This document shows, in pieces, positions 1-13,015 of a stretch of DNA of 64,000 nt. Every line of letters begins with the position of its first letter. Position 1 is the stretch's first letter. The stretch is taken from NCBI RefSeq assembly GCF_963921235.1, contig NC_086097.1, positions 127,102,001 through 127,166,000 on the forward strand, in the 5' to 3' direction. The notes beneath the pieces were generated by a model. The model searched no databases and was not told the DNA's origin. It saw only the letters and a program-made list of their open reading frames with translations. Source of the stretch: Mobula hypostoma. Taxonomy: Eukaryota. Both the position numbers and the translations under genes were made by a program.

Positions 1-664
1 GCCGGGAGTGAAAATGTAACAATTTCACTACTTCAACAGTTTAGAAACTATGAAGAATTCTAAGGCATTGACAATCATCTTGAATGTTACCTTTAGTCCC
101 ATCAGGCACTCAAGTCTCACCTGTGGGTTCAAGTAGTGGCCACACCCCAATATACCGCTTCAACAGGTGGGCTAAACCAGGTCTCATAGTCTGTGAGATA
201 GGGACATGCCTGTCCTAGCATGTGAAGTCAGCTCTGGCGGACTGGGCAGATGAGATTTAGAGTGAGATTCAACAGCCAGAAAGGCAGTTCTGCAACATTA
301 CTTGGAGAGTGAAGGGCATGATCATCCACTGCATCTGGGAAGACCCCAGCCCCACTGGACCTGGATCTTCAAGGTCAAGAGAGTGGAACTGTCCCAGTGC
401 AACAGCGTTTCGACTTTAAAGATGCCCGCACAGGTTTCCTGTGATTGTCGAGACACAATGGACAATCACCAGTAGTATTGGTAGAGTTCTAATTTGTTCT
501 GTATTTTGTGTAAATAAATAATTTGTTGCTCAGTTAAATAGTAGCTTGATTTTCTTTTATACTTCTTTACCTATTTCCATGAAACTTTGGCTAATTGGGG
601 CAGCCGCTTAATTGGGCCAAAATGTCCTGGACCTGATGTGTCTTAATTATCGGAATCCACTGTA
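1..664 (+). mobile_element. Tigger/pogo-like (Tc1/mariner) non-autonomous DNA transposon, one end, interrupted by another repeat at ~90-470
   Basis: Ends ...GGAATCCACTG followed by TA (652-664). Bases 1-90 are the reverse complement of ~56310-56395, part of a second copy with the same terminal motif. Confidence 0.6.
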
Positions 665-1454
665 TTTACTTGAGGGGGATTATATGGTATCAATCGATGT
701 TCAAAAGACAAAATTACTTAACTACTTTAGTCTCTTTTACAAAAGGGTTTTGGTGTCAATAATCACTATTTCAAATAGCGTTACCCCCACCACCCACCCC
801 CAAACAAGGAAGAGATGCAACAAATGAAGCACAATAAGCACAGGAATATTATTTTACATGAAGCTCATTTTATCATAACAAAGGCTATAATTCTGAAAAG
901 GATTTGCTAAACACACTACAACTCTTAAAAACTAGGAAAGCATACCAGTGAGTTGCAGACGGACAAATTGTCTGTTACAGAAGGATGCCTCTGGGGAGAG
1001 ATCCTTCCTGGACTGAGGGTGGGGGGTGGATTCTACTTTCTCTCATCTTTAACTCCCAACACTTACTTTATTCTAATTATACTGCTTTTTATCATTCATC
1101 TAGTACTGACGTAATCTGCAGGTGATGTTTCATAACTGTATTAAGTCAAGTGGATGGAGCTCCTTGATTAGGTTAACATAGACAATTCCGATGACAGTGG
1201 CCAAAATCCTCACAACAAAAGAACCAACGTACTGTAGTTGTTTCTGCTCATTAGGTTATAGGTCTAGCTAGGTCAACATGATCAGTGTTGTTTTTCGTCA
1301 TCAGGTTAAGAGGCTCAGCAAAGACTACTAGTTATAAATTTAAACTATTTAATAGTAAGCATTTTGAACCTTGGGCGGTGCCTTCTGCTGTGCTAGAAAG
1401 CAATAAGCATCCTGGGCCTGGAGAATGAAGATCCATCACAAATGAAGATCAATC

Positions 1455-1665
1455 AAAAAAGCTGTGGATGCTGGAAACTCGAGATGAAAACCAAAAATGC
1501 TGGAAACTTTCGGCTGGTCAGGCAGCATCTGCGAGAAAAGTAACAGTTAATGCTTTAGATCAAAGACCATTCACCGGTATTGAGCAAGGGTCTGGTACCT
1601 GAAGCATTAACTTGGTTTCCGTTTGTCTGACATGCTGAGTGCTTCCAGCATTTTCTGTTTTCCTT
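1455..1665. mobile_element. Degenerate palindromic Penelope-derived short repeat
   Basis: Inverted arms AAAATGCTGGAA...GGCAGCATCTG and ...TTCCAGCATTTT. Same family as 27765-27952. Confidence 0.55.
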
Positions 1666-2723
1666 TAAGCTATCTCAATTACTTTCTGACCATCATGGTA
1701 TGGATTACAACACAGAAGCAGGCCTTTTTACCCATCATGTCCAATCTGTATTCTATGACAGCAATTTTCTAGTTCCATCCATTGGGTCTTTCTCTGTAGT
1801 CTTTACATTTCCATCAGAAAGGTGACATCTCACTTCCAGCACATCTGTAGGAAATGCATTCCAATTCCAAATGTGCTGTGTAGAAGAATGGTTTCAGTGT
1901 CTTACTGTTTCTAGTTTAATATTTTAAAAAATGGTACTTAAAAGTATCTGAAGCTTACAAATAATTTCCCCTTAAGGGCTCAGAAGGCCTGCCATGCATT
2001 TTGTTGCCAGTGGTACACTGGAGCTCACATAATTAAATCTTGACCTGTTCTGATGTAACAAATGTCAACCCAGAAGAATAAATGAACGTCCAAAATAATG
2101 TTTGGTCTACCTACACTCAGCAATGGAAAACACCGAAACCTATCGATAACAGGTTTGAAGATCTCAAAGATTCAAAGTATATTTATTATCAAAGTATGTA
2201 TGCAGTATACAACCCTGAAATCTGTCTTCCCGCAGAGAGCCACGAACAAAGAAAACCCTGGAACCTGTTCAAGGAAAAACATCAACCCCCCCCCCAATGT
2301 GCAACAAAAACAAATCACAAATGACAAAAAAGGAAAAAAAAACAAGCGAAAAACACAGAAAATAAAACACAAAATCGAAAGAGTCCAGGCATATTCAGTT
2401 CAGCACAGTCCAGTTCGATTTAGTGCTGTGTCTATATCCACCTTCCTTGTTCTCCACTGATATTATTTATCTCTAGAGAGGACAGAATTGAAATTTAGTG
2501 ATATCCATTGGCTAGGATTCATTAGCTAGGCATTAACCAATCAAATGACTTTGTTTCCATGGCAGCTAAAATTTGTGGTTGCAGATGGCAAATATTTTAT
2601 TTGAATCAGTATTTAGGACTACCTTTCAGGAAGTAACAGTGTGCCATGGGGTCATTGCTCTAATACTACTGTGTTTCATACAGATATATAACAGATGGAT
2701 TCTTCGTTCATCTGTGGAGCATG

Positions 2724-3137
2724 TTAGAGTCATGGAAAAGAACAGCACAGGAACAGGCCCTTCAGCCCATCTAGTCTGTGCCAAACCATTTAAACTGCCT
2801 TGTGCCATCGACCTACACACAGACCATAGCCCTCCATACCCCTACTATCCATGTACCTATCCAAACTTCTATTAAACGTTGAAATCAATCTCGATACTTC
2901 ACTTGCACTGACAGCTTGTTTCATGCTTTCACGACTGAGTGAAGAAGTTTCTCCTCAAGGTCCCCTTACTCTTTTCATCTTTCACCCATGACCTCTTGTT
3001 GAAGTCTCACCCAACCTCAGTGAAAAAAGCATGCTTGCATTTACCCTATCTATGCCCCTCATAAAATTGTACACCTTTATCAAATCTCCTCTCAATCTTC
3101 TATGTCCCAAGGAATAAAGTTCTAAGCTATTCAAGAG
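2724..3137 (-). mobile_element. CR1 LINE 3' fragment
   Basis: Minus translation LELYSLGHRRLRGDLIKVYNFMRGIDRV...TRGH, typical of the CR1 ORF2 C-terminus. Confidence 0.85.
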
Positions 3138-3266
3138 AGAAGGTAGGATGGAAATTGAAATGGAGCAGGAATTATATTTGTTAAGATCCTGACTGGTGAG
3201 CTGTACTCTAACTGGCCCATTCACAAAGATGCTTATATTGCCTGATCCCTTCTTCCACTTTGTTAC

Positions 3267-4187
3267 CTTGTTCTGCTGTAGAAAACTGATGGAGTGTGGA
3301 TGATTGTAAAACTGTTTTGTATACAGCAGCTCACACTGAGTTGTGAGACCTGCTGCACTGTTGGCATCCAGACTCTTCCTGGACAATGCAGGCAGCAGTA
3401 GCAGTCAGCCAGTTGTATCCTCAACCAGGACGTAGTTGTAGCATAGAATGCCCCTTGCATGTGTGTGTGTATAAAAGTTATCTAATATAGTTTAGACCTT
3501 GGTGAAGGTCTTTCGGCCTTTTTGCTGAAGAACCACCCTTTGACTTCAGGAGTTAGCACAAAATCCATTGGCACAAAGTATGGGTGCAATGTAGGCATGT
3601 CCTGTTGATCCTGTGGCTCTCTTAATGCAGGTTTAAATTGCCACATATGGCGAATCTCTGATCCTGGCAGAGATCTGGGATTTGGTGTCAATCTTGCATG
3701 GGTTCTTTGAAATGTTGAACCTTTTTCTTCAGAGTTTTCCACAGGGATGTGGCAGCTGCTAAAGATGTCAAGTGCTTAAAAGAGAAGGCAGCCTTTAATA
3801 TCCTTAAAGAGTTTACTGACACCAGCACATTGCACGAGTAATAATTTCATTATCTTGCAATTTGTTACAGACTCTTCCTTGTAGCTACTTAAGGCAGAGG
3901 ACCTGCAATTGATAGCATCTGTACTGCTAGTGTCCACTGTTGCCAGGGTAATATTTACAGATTGAGTTAAATTGCCAGCAGGCCACTCCTCCTTAACCTG
4001 CAAGACCTTCCCTTCCCTCCCACCTGGTGAATATGTGAATATGTGCTCCCATTCCCCTGTCGTGGGCATGGAAAAGGGATTTGAACTTGGCTTCACCCCA
4101 TTTCCAATGATATTAAAGCAATAGTAGAGAAACCAAATGTCTGGCGTGACAAATCAGAGGGTGACACGGATGAGGCCAATGGTTTAC
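3267..4187 (-). pseudogene. Large decayed exon of unidentified minus-strand gene
   Basis: Strong acceptor TTGTTTTTCTTTTCCTTTGGTAG|G at 4188/4187 and donor AAG|GTAACA at 3267/3266. ORFs 3776-4096, 3482-3742 and 3263-3460 share one frame separated by single stops. An 8-bp duplication (GTGAATAT x2, ~4027-4042) shifts the frame. Confidence 0.55.
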
Positions 4188-5096
4188 CTACCAAAGGAAA
4201 AGAAAAACAAGCCAGGTAAAAGATCTCACTGTTCAGCAATCACCATTCACCTATTCTTAAATATTTTTGAACTGTCTCTTGAATGGAAGCTCCTGGGAAA
4301 CAAACGTTATAGAAAAAATAGATTTAAAGCTCTACTCGTGGCATCATTAATAAAACAGTTTAAACAAACATGACAATTGCTTTTCCAGTTTGATCTCACT
4401 ATATCTACCAAGTATTGTAATATATCCATGTTAGGAATATAAGCACAGAAACAGGTCCAACTCATCCATGCCAACTGTGTTGCCCTGTGAGTTAGTCCCA
4501 TTTGCCTGCAATTGACCCATAGCCTTTAAACTTCAACTGTTCAGGTACTTATCTAGATGTTTTTAAAATTTTACCAATGTGCCTGCTTCCTGCTTCAACC
4601 ATTATTTCTGGCAGTTCATTCCAAACACACACCACAGTTTGCATGGTGAAGGTGCAGATGATGTCCCTTTTAAACCTCTCAATTGATCTTAAATGTGTTA
4701 GAGTTCAGCTACTTGAATCATGCCTAAATGAGACCCAACTTTTAAGTGCTGGATTTGTATTGGGTATCAAAAAATAATTAGCTCTTAGGCTGGAGCTAAT
4801 TCTTTTTGGCCATTTTGCCTGCATTGTAATTTAGCACTTGAGCAGAGCCCTGTTGTCATGGTGGGAGAGATGGGATCTAATGCTGAGAAGTGTTTCTTTA
4901 CCTGTACTCAGTGACCAACATAAATCAGAACAGGAAAACAACATAACTCAAGAGCATCTAAAACTCTTCTCCATCCGTCCTAACTTGCACCAGGTTGCAT
5001 CCACTGCCCTTGCTGGCTATGTTGGTTCAATCATAGAGCCTTGTTTCATCTGCATACCTTGCCATTCACACCCAAGTTCAGGTCATTGAAACATAC

Positions 5097-5278
5097 AAAA
5101 AGTAGCACTCCATGTTGATTACAGCTCCATAATCTATTTCCTCTAGTGTGAAAAACAACTCCTTGCCACTCCTTTCTGCCCCTATAGCAACTTCTTAACA
5201 ATATTGCCATTGCCAGCTCAACTCTATGGACTTCAATTTTGCTGACCATTCTTTTCTCAGGTATTCATCAAAGACTTG
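5097..5278 (-). pseudogene. Candidate decayed exon of unidentified minus-strand gene
   Basis: TTTTCAG| acceptor and TT|GTATGT donor. Reads QVFDEYLRKEWSAKLKSIELSWQWQYC*EVAIGAERSGKELFFTLEEIDYGAVINMECYF with one stop in 60 codons. Confidence 0.45.
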
Positions 5279-5399
5279 CTGAAAATCCTTTCATACAGCA
5301 TTTCATTATTGCTTTCATCAATTGTGTCTGTTAGCTCATCAAAAAAAAAACTCATTCTGGTTAGTCAGCTACTGACCGCCATCTCTTTTTTCCCTGTGA

Positions 5400-6995
5400 C
5401 GCTGTGGGCCATCTAGTCCACGCCAAACTATTATTCTGGCTAGTGCCATTGACCTGTACCTGGACCGCTGCCCACCATACCCTTCCTATCCAAATACTTG
5501 TTCAAACTTCTCTTAAATTTTAAAAGCAAACCCACATTCACCACGTCCACTGGCAGCTTGTTCCATACTCTCATCACTCTCTGAGTCAAGAAGTTCCTCT
5601 TCATGTTTTCTTTAAATATTTCACCTTTCGCCCTTAATCCATGAGCTCTAGTACTAATCTCACCCAACCCCAGTGAAAAAAGCCTGCATGCATTTACCCT
5701 ATCTATACCACTTATAATGCACCTCTGTCAAATCTACCCTCATTCTCCTGTGCTCTGGGACATAAAGTCCTAACCTGTTCAACTTTTTACTATACATCAG
5801 GTCCTCAAGTCCCAGCCAAATCCTTGTAAATTTTATCTACAGTCTTTCAATCTTAGTGATTTCTTTCCTGTAGGTAGGTGACTAGAACTGCACACAATAC
5901 TCTAAATTAGGCCTCACAATGCCTTATACAACTCCAACATAACACCCCAATTCCTGTACTCAGTGCTTTGATTTATGAAAGTTAATGTGCCAAAAGTTTT
6001 CTTTATGAACTTTTCTACCTATGATGCCACTTTCAAGGAATTATGGATCTGTATTCCCAGATCTCTCTGTTCTACTGCACTCCTCAGTGTCATATCACTC
6101 TCTGTCTGTCCTCCCAAAGTGTAAAACTTCACACTTGTCTGCATTAAATTCTATCTGCTTTTTTTCAGCCCTTTTTTCTAGCTGGTCCAGGTCCCACTGC
6201 AAGCTTGATAGTCTTTGGTGTTATCTTCAAGTTTGCTAATCCGGTTTACCACATTATCAGCTAGATCATTGATACAGATGACAAACAACAACAAAACCGA
6301 CACCAATGACCACTAGTCACAGGCCTCCAGTCAGAGAGACAACTATCTACTACCACTCTCTGGCTTCTCCCAATGAAGCCAATGTCTAATCCAATTTATT
6401 ACCTCATCCTAAATGCCAAGTGACTGAACCTTCTCAACTAGCCTTACATGCATGATCTTGTCAAATGCCTTACTAAAGTCCATGTAGACAACATCCACTG
6501 TCTTCAACATCAACTTTCCTGGTAATTTACGCAAAAACTCTATAAGATTGCTTAGACACGACTTACCTCACACAAGGCCATGTAAACTATCCCTAATCAG
6601 TCCCTGCCTATCCAAATACTTATATATTTGATCCCTTAGAATACCTTTCAATAATTTACCAACTACTGATGTCAGGCTCACCAGTTTATAATTTCCCAAC
6701 TTTGTCTTAGAGTCTTTCTAAAACAATGGAACACCAGTCTTAAACAATGCTTCAATCCACAGGCACTTCTCTCATGGCTACCTCTACCCATGCAATTTCT
6801 GCACTACCTTCCCACAAGATTCGAGGGAAAGACCTTGTCAGGCCTTGAGGAATTATTCTCCCTAATTTAACAAGACACAAGCACTGCTCTTCTGCAATCC
6901 CTACACAATTACATAACCTTGCTGCTGTTTCGGCTTTGTTCTATAGGCTGTTGTGTCCCTCTCCCAAGTAAACACAGATACAGTGAACATGTTGC
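5400..6995 (-). mobile_element. CR1 LINE, 5'-truncated, degenerate
   Basis: TRAHGL...NFLTQRVMRVWNKLP C-terminus, with RT remnants upstream on the minus strand. Confidence 0.85.
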
Positions 6996-7093
6996 ATTCC
7001 CAAGATTCAGTTGAGTTATTGAACTGTTTACAGTTGGTGTGAGGCAGAATTGTGTCTTTGGTCTCAATTTCACAGGTTGTCCATTGAAAGCAG

Positions 7094-7167
7094 TGGCCTG
7101 TACAGGGATCAAACCCATGACCTTGGCGTTATTAGCACCATGCTGTAACCAGCTGAGGTAACCAGCC
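7094..7167 (-). tRNA. tRNA-Ile(AAT) pseudogene
   Basis: Reverse complement GGCTGGTTACCTCAGCTGGTTACAGCATGGTGCTAATAACGCCAAGGTCATGGGTTTGATCCCTGTACAGGCCA (74 nt) is colinear with vertebrate tRNA-Ile(AAT). About 10 substitutions, mostly CpG decay, including T-loop TTCGA>TTTGA. No encoded CCA tail. Confidence 0.85.
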
Positions 7168-7876
7168 TGGTATGCACATTGTTTTTGAATTCCTTTTGTA
7201 ACTGGTGTGTATGTGGAACACATTGCCATAGAAGATGTTTGATCAGCATTTGGACAGGCTCATGATTTAGAGGGGTGTACAGTAGGCCACATGCAGGCAA
7301 ATGGAAGGAGAGTAGGTGAGAGGAGGTGGGCCAAAGGGCCTGTTTCTGTGTTATACAACCGGATGACTTATGGTGCATTACAAGTGTGTAATATTTTTGA
7401 AAATTGTACCAAAGCTTTGACTAGCACAATAAATAACAATCTTATACCTTATATTCAAGTTTGATGAATCCACTGGCACACATGCATTCTTTTGCCAGTG
7501 CAGGTTTGATCATAAAATTATTACAACAGTCTCAGGGATTATTATAATTACTTTTTATTTTAGAACTCTTATTTTTAAACTTGACCATCTAAGTTCATAA
7601 ACATTGGCCAGTAGTGAAATGGATTATACTTAATATATTTTTCTTATTTATCCCTATGCTAGCTCCCAATAGGGCTATCCCATTATTTCCACGTCTCCTC
7701 TTCTGATTTCGCTGTATTCCTTCAATTTATGCTTTGCCACATGCTCACAAACAACACTGAAAATACTTGCTATAAATTCACACCTTAATTCCCAATTTCT
7801 GCTGCATAGCCAGAAATACAAATTAATAAAATATCTACATTTATTGTTGTGTGGTATTTCCAATTGATGTTCCTAC

Positions 7877-8002
7877 ATGTTGTGCGGCCAGAAAAACTTG
7901 TCCAATGGTCCTCTAGTGCCACCAGGTGGTGTGGCTGAGTTTCTCAGCACTGAGTAAAGTATACACTAAAGGAAAACCGAAGACTCCTCAACGTTTCCTG
8001 TG
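7877..8002 (-). pseudogene. Candidate decayed exon (phase 2/2) of unidentified minus-strand gene
   Basis: Acceptor TTCTCTTTCATTCCTTAATACAG| and donor AT|GTAGGA. Reads TGNVEESSVFL*CILYSVLRNSATPPGGTRGPLDKFFWPHN. Phase matches the exon at 16921-16877. Confidence 0.4.
7914..7929 (-). promoter_or_regulatory. CTCF-like binding motif
   Basis: CCACCTGGTGGCACTA on minus, near-palindromic core. Close to the CTCF consensus and in non-repeat DNA. Motif match only. Confidence 0.4.
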
Positions 8003-8097
8003 CTGTATTAAGGAATGAAAGAGAACTGTGGGAACGTCATCTTACAATGAAGTTAATGAACTTCCGGAATCTGCAGAAACTACTTCGTCTGGCAATG

Positions 8098-10330
8098 AGT
8101 CATAGAAAAGTACAGTACAGAAACAGGCCCATCTAGTGCGTGCCAAACCTTTTAACCAGCCTACAATCGATCTACACAGGGACCATAGTCCTCCATACCC
8201 CTACCATCCATGTTCTGATCTAATCCTCTCTTAAACTTTGAAGTTGAGCTTGCATGCACCACTTCACTGGCAGCTTGGTCCACAATCTCATGATGCTCTG
8301 AGTTTCCCCTCATGTTCCCCTTTAAACTTTTAACTTTCACCCTTAACCCATGACCTCTATTTGTAGTCCCATCCAGCCTCAGAAAAAAGCCTGCTTGCAT
8401 TTACCCTATCTATACCCTTGATAATTGTCTATGCCTCTATCAAATCTCCCCTAAATCTTCTAACCTATTCAACCTTATAACTCAGATCCTCCAGTCCCAG
8501 CAACAACCTTGTGAATTTTCTCTGTACTCTTTCAACCTTATTTACATCTTTCCTGTGGATAGGTGACCAAACCTGCACACAATACTCCAAGTTGGGCCTC
8601 ACCAACATCTTATACAACTTCAATACAACATTGCATCTACTGTACTCAATACTTTGATTTATGAAAGCCAATGTGCCAAAAGCTTTCCTTATGACCCTAT
8701 GTACCTTTGATCCTATTGTCAATGAATTATGGACCTGTATTCCCAGATCCCTTTGTTTTACCACTCTCCCTAGTGCCCTATGGTTCACTATGTAAACCTG
8801 AACTGGTTGGTCCTACCAAAGTGCATCACCTCACACTCTTCTGCATTAAGTTCCATCTGCCATTTTTCCAGCTGGTCCAAATCCTGCTGCAAGCCACAAT
8901 AATCTTCCTTACTGTCTACTACACCCTTAATCTAGAAAATTTGATGATCCAGTTTACCACATTATCATCTAGATCATTGATATAGATGACAACAACGGAC
9001 CCAGCACTGATCCCTGCACCACTCCACTAGTCGCATCCAGCCTAATTTGTCTCAGGACAGCAAATACCTCTTCCTCTGTAATCTGTATACAGTCCATGAA
9101 GTTGATGCTGTTTTGAATAATTTTATAGACTCTGTCCATTTCTGAAGTAAATACAGTTGCAAAAAAAAAGCATTTAAGATCTCCCCCATCTCTTTTGGCT
9201 CCACGCACTGATTACCATTCTGATCTTCCAGAAGACCAATTTTCTCCCTTGCAATCCTTTTGCTTTTAATATATCTGTAGAATCTTTTAGGACTCTTCTT
9301 CATCTTGTCTACTAAAGCAAACTTGTGCCTTCTTTTAGCTGTCCTGATTACTTTCTTCAGTGTTCTCTTGCATTTCTTATTCTCCTTAAATACCTCATTT
9401 GTTCCTACCTGCCTATACCTGCTATGCACCTTTTTTTTTCTTAACCAGGGCCTGAATATCTTTTGAAAACCAAGGTTTTATCAACCTGTTATCTTTACCT
9501 TTTATTCTGACAGGCACATACAAGCTTTGTGCTCTCAAAATTTCATTTTTGAAGTCCTCCCATTTAGCAAGTACACCTTTCCCAGAAAACAGCTTATCCC
9601 AATCTACCCTTGCTAGATCCTGTCTGATACTGTCAAACTTGGCCCCTCTTCAATTTAGAATCTCAGAATGCACACCAGAACTATCTTACTGCATATTTAC
9701 TTTGAAACTAATGGCACTATGATCACTAGATGCAAAGTGTTCCCCTACACAAATTTCTATCACTTGCCCTGCCCCATTCCCTAATAGCAGATCAAGTATC
9801 ACACACTGTGTCATTGGGACTTCCTGGACACATTGACAAACTCCATCTCATCTAGTCCTTTTACAGTATCAGAGTCTTAGTTAATACATGGAAAGTTAAA
9901 ATCACCTACTATAGCAACCTTAGGTTTCTTGCAACAGTCTGCGATCAAATTTGTTCCACTAAATCCTGTGGACTGTTGGGTGGTCTGCAATATAACCCCA
10001 TTAACGTGTTCATACCTTCCTTATTTCTCAGTTCCACCCATAACGCCTCACTAGACAAGTTCTCCAGTCTGTCCTGACTGAGCACTGCTCTGACGTTTTC
10101 CCTGACTAGTAACGCTACTCTTTTTCCTTTAATCCCTCCTACTCTGTCGTGTCTAAAACAATGGAACCCCAGAATACTGAGCTGCCAGTCCTGCCCCTCA
10201 TGCAACCAAGTCTCACTAATGGCTACAATATTGTAATTCTATCTGTTGATTCATGCCAGAGCTCATTTGCTTTTCCTACTATACTTCTTGTATTGAAATA
10301 TACACAGCTCAGGACATTAGTCGCACCATG
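8098..10330 (-). mobile_element. CR1 LINE with APE endonuclease and RT remnants, internal deletion near 9035
   Basis: GFHCFRHDR...LWVELRNKEG...YCRPPNS (endonuclease), SGVVQGSVLGPLL and LVRPNLEYCVQVWSP (RT and C-terminus). Confidence 0.9.
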
Positions 10331-10554
10331 AGAATCACACACCATGCATTGCAGGAAATATTAAATAATATATTCCCAAGGCCATGAACTCTTCCACAAA
10401 GCAGGACAAAGGCAGCTGACAATGGGCACAGCACCCCATGTGGATTCTGTTCCAAGTCACATGCCATCCTGATCTGGAAGTATACCTCTTTCCCTGCATT
10501 AGATTCATCGAGTCATACAGCACAGAAACAGGCCCCTGAGCTTAACTAGTCCAT

Positions 10555-12125
10555 GTAGAGTCCTTGTGGGTAGAATTTAGAAACTACAAGGGTAAAAAGA
10601 CCCTTTTTACCTTTTGATGGGAGTTATATAGAGGCCTGCAAACCACAGTCATGATGTGGGATATAATTTACAATGGGAGATAAAAAAGGCATGTAAAAAG
10701 GTGACTATTATGTGGTTTTTAATATGCAGGTAGATTTGGAAAATCAGCTTGGTGCTGGATCCCAAGAGAGGACACTTGAGATGGCTTTTTGGATCATCTT
10801 CTTGTTGAGCTCACTAGGAGAAAGGCAATTCTAGATTGGGTCTTTTGTAATGAACTAGATTTGATTTGGGTGCTTAGGGTAAAGGAACCCTAAGGAGACA
10901 GTGATCATAATATGATAGAATTTACCCTGCAGTTTGAAAAGGAGAAGGTACAGAGACATGAGAGAGGAGCTGGCCAAAATTGATTTGAAGGAGGCACTAG
11001 CAGGACAGAGCAACAATGGCTGGATGAAGAAGTATTGGGAAGCTTTCAAAAACCAACAGAAGACAACTAAGATAGCTATAAGGAGTGAAAAGCTGAAATA
11101 TGAAGAAAAGCTAGCGATATAATAAAGGAGCACACAAGAAGTTTTTTTTTCCAAGATATATTGTATAAAGAGTAAAAGAGAGGTGAGAGAGGATACCAGA
11201 CTTTCTGGAAAATGACAGTGGAGAGGTAGTAAGGAGGTCAAATAAATGGTGGACAGGCTTCGTAAGTACTTATGTCAGTCTTCGCTATGGAAGACACTAA
11301 AAGTATGCCAGAAATTCGAGAATGTCAGGGGGAAGAAATAAGTATAGTTGCTATTTCTAAGTAGAAAGTGTTTGGGAAGCTGAAAGATCTGAAGGTAGAT
11401 AATTCACCAGGACCAGATGGACCACACTACAGGGATCCGAAGGAGATAGTTAAAGAGATTGTGGAGGCAGTAGTAGTGATATTTCAAGAATCACCTAGTT
11501 TTTGGAATGGAAAATAGCACATATCACTCCAAGAAGAGAGGGAACCAGAAGAAAGGAAATTATAGGCCAGTTGCCTGACTTCAGTAGTTGGGAAGATGTT
11601 GGAATCCATTATTATGGATGATGTTTCAGGGTACTTGGAGGCACATGATAAAATAATAAGGCCAAAGTCAGCATTGTTTCCTGAAGGGGAAATCTTGCCT
11701 GACAAACCTGTTGGAATTCTTTAAGGAAATAACAGGCAAGGTATACCAAGTAGAATCAATGGATGTTGTTCACCTGGATTTTAAGAAGACTTTAACAATG
11801 TGCCACATGTGAGACTGCCTTTCCAGATAAGAGCCCATGGCATTATAGGAAAGATACTTGCATGGATAGAAGATTGGCTGGCCGGCAGGAGGCTAAGAGT
11901 GGGAATAAAAGGAGGCCTTTCCTCATTGGCTGCCGGTGACTAATGGTGTTCCACAGGGTTCAGTGTTGGGACCACTTCTTTTCAAGTTATATGTCAATGA
12001 TTTGGATGACAGAATTTATGGCTTTGTAGCCAAGATTGCAGATGATATGAAGATAGGTGGAGGTGCAGGTAGTGTTGAGGAAGCAGGGAATCCAGAGAAG
12101 GACTTAAACAGATTGGGGAAATGGA
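10555..12125 (+). mobile_element. CR1 LINE ORF2 fragment
   Basis: TNGVPQGSVLGPLLFKLYVNDLD...KIADDMKIGG, with many stops. Confidence 0.85.
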
Positions 12126-12149
12126 CATTGCATTTGCTTTCTACATTGA

Positions 12150-13015
12150 GTTTGCTCTGTCATTCCATCATGGCTGATTTATTATCCCCCCTAACTCCTT
12201 TCTCCCTGTAACCTTTGATGCCCTTACTAACTGAGAACCTGTCACCTCTGCTTTAAATATACCCAGTGACTTGTCTCCACTACCATCTGTGGCAATGAAT
12301 TCCACATATTCACTGACCTCTGGCTAAAGAAATTCCTCCTCATCTCTGTTCTAAAGGGATGTCCTTCAATTCTGAGGCTCTACCCTTTGGTCCGAGATGC
12401 CCATGCTTTAGGAAGTATGCTCTGCATGTCAACTCTATGTAGACCTTTCAACATTCAATAGATTTCAGTGAGACTCCCCTCCCCCACCACCCAATTCTTC
12501 TAAATTCCAGAAAGTGCAGGCCCAGAGCCATTAAACTCATTAAACCCTTCATTTCCAGGATCATTCTCATGCACATTCTCTGGACCATCTCCAATGCCAA
12601 CACATCCTTTCTTAGACGAGTCCAAAACTGCTCACAAGTCCAATTGAAATTAATGCTAACATTGTGTTTGCCTTCTACATCTGTAGAAATATGCTAGAAT
12701 CTTTGGTAATTTACCAAATCTCCCCAGATTCCCAATTATGATTAGCTGTTGTGTGCCTTCTTCATGGTTCCAATTAAATCTTTTCCCTTTCACCTCTAAT
12801 TCTTGATTCCACAAGCCTGGGGAAAAGCCTGTGTGCATTGACCCTGTGTATGCCTCTCATGATCATATACACCTCTATAATATCACCTCTAATTTTTACC
12901 TCGCTCCAAAGAGAACAGTCCCAACCTGCTCAACATCTCTCTCTTGTGTCCCAGCAAAATTCTTGTAAATCTCCTCTGAGCTCTTTTCAGCTTAATGACA
13001 TCTTTCCTATAGCAG
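12150..13015 (-). mobile_element. Two CR1 3'-end fragments
   Basis: YRKDVIKLKRAQRRFTRIL...LGLFSLE and CR1 3' UTR-like sequence. Confidence 0.7.

Noticed and set aside
3282..4215. Plus-strand reading of the 3.3-4.2 kb island
   Set aside because: It has many more stops than the minus frame and is the wobble-sharing antisense shadow. Splice signals fit the minus strand better.
10555..12640. Opposed CR1 fragments as a twin-priming inversion
   Set aside because: The 3' tail lies at the inner junction, which is the wrong geometry. Separate insertion or later inversion is more likely.
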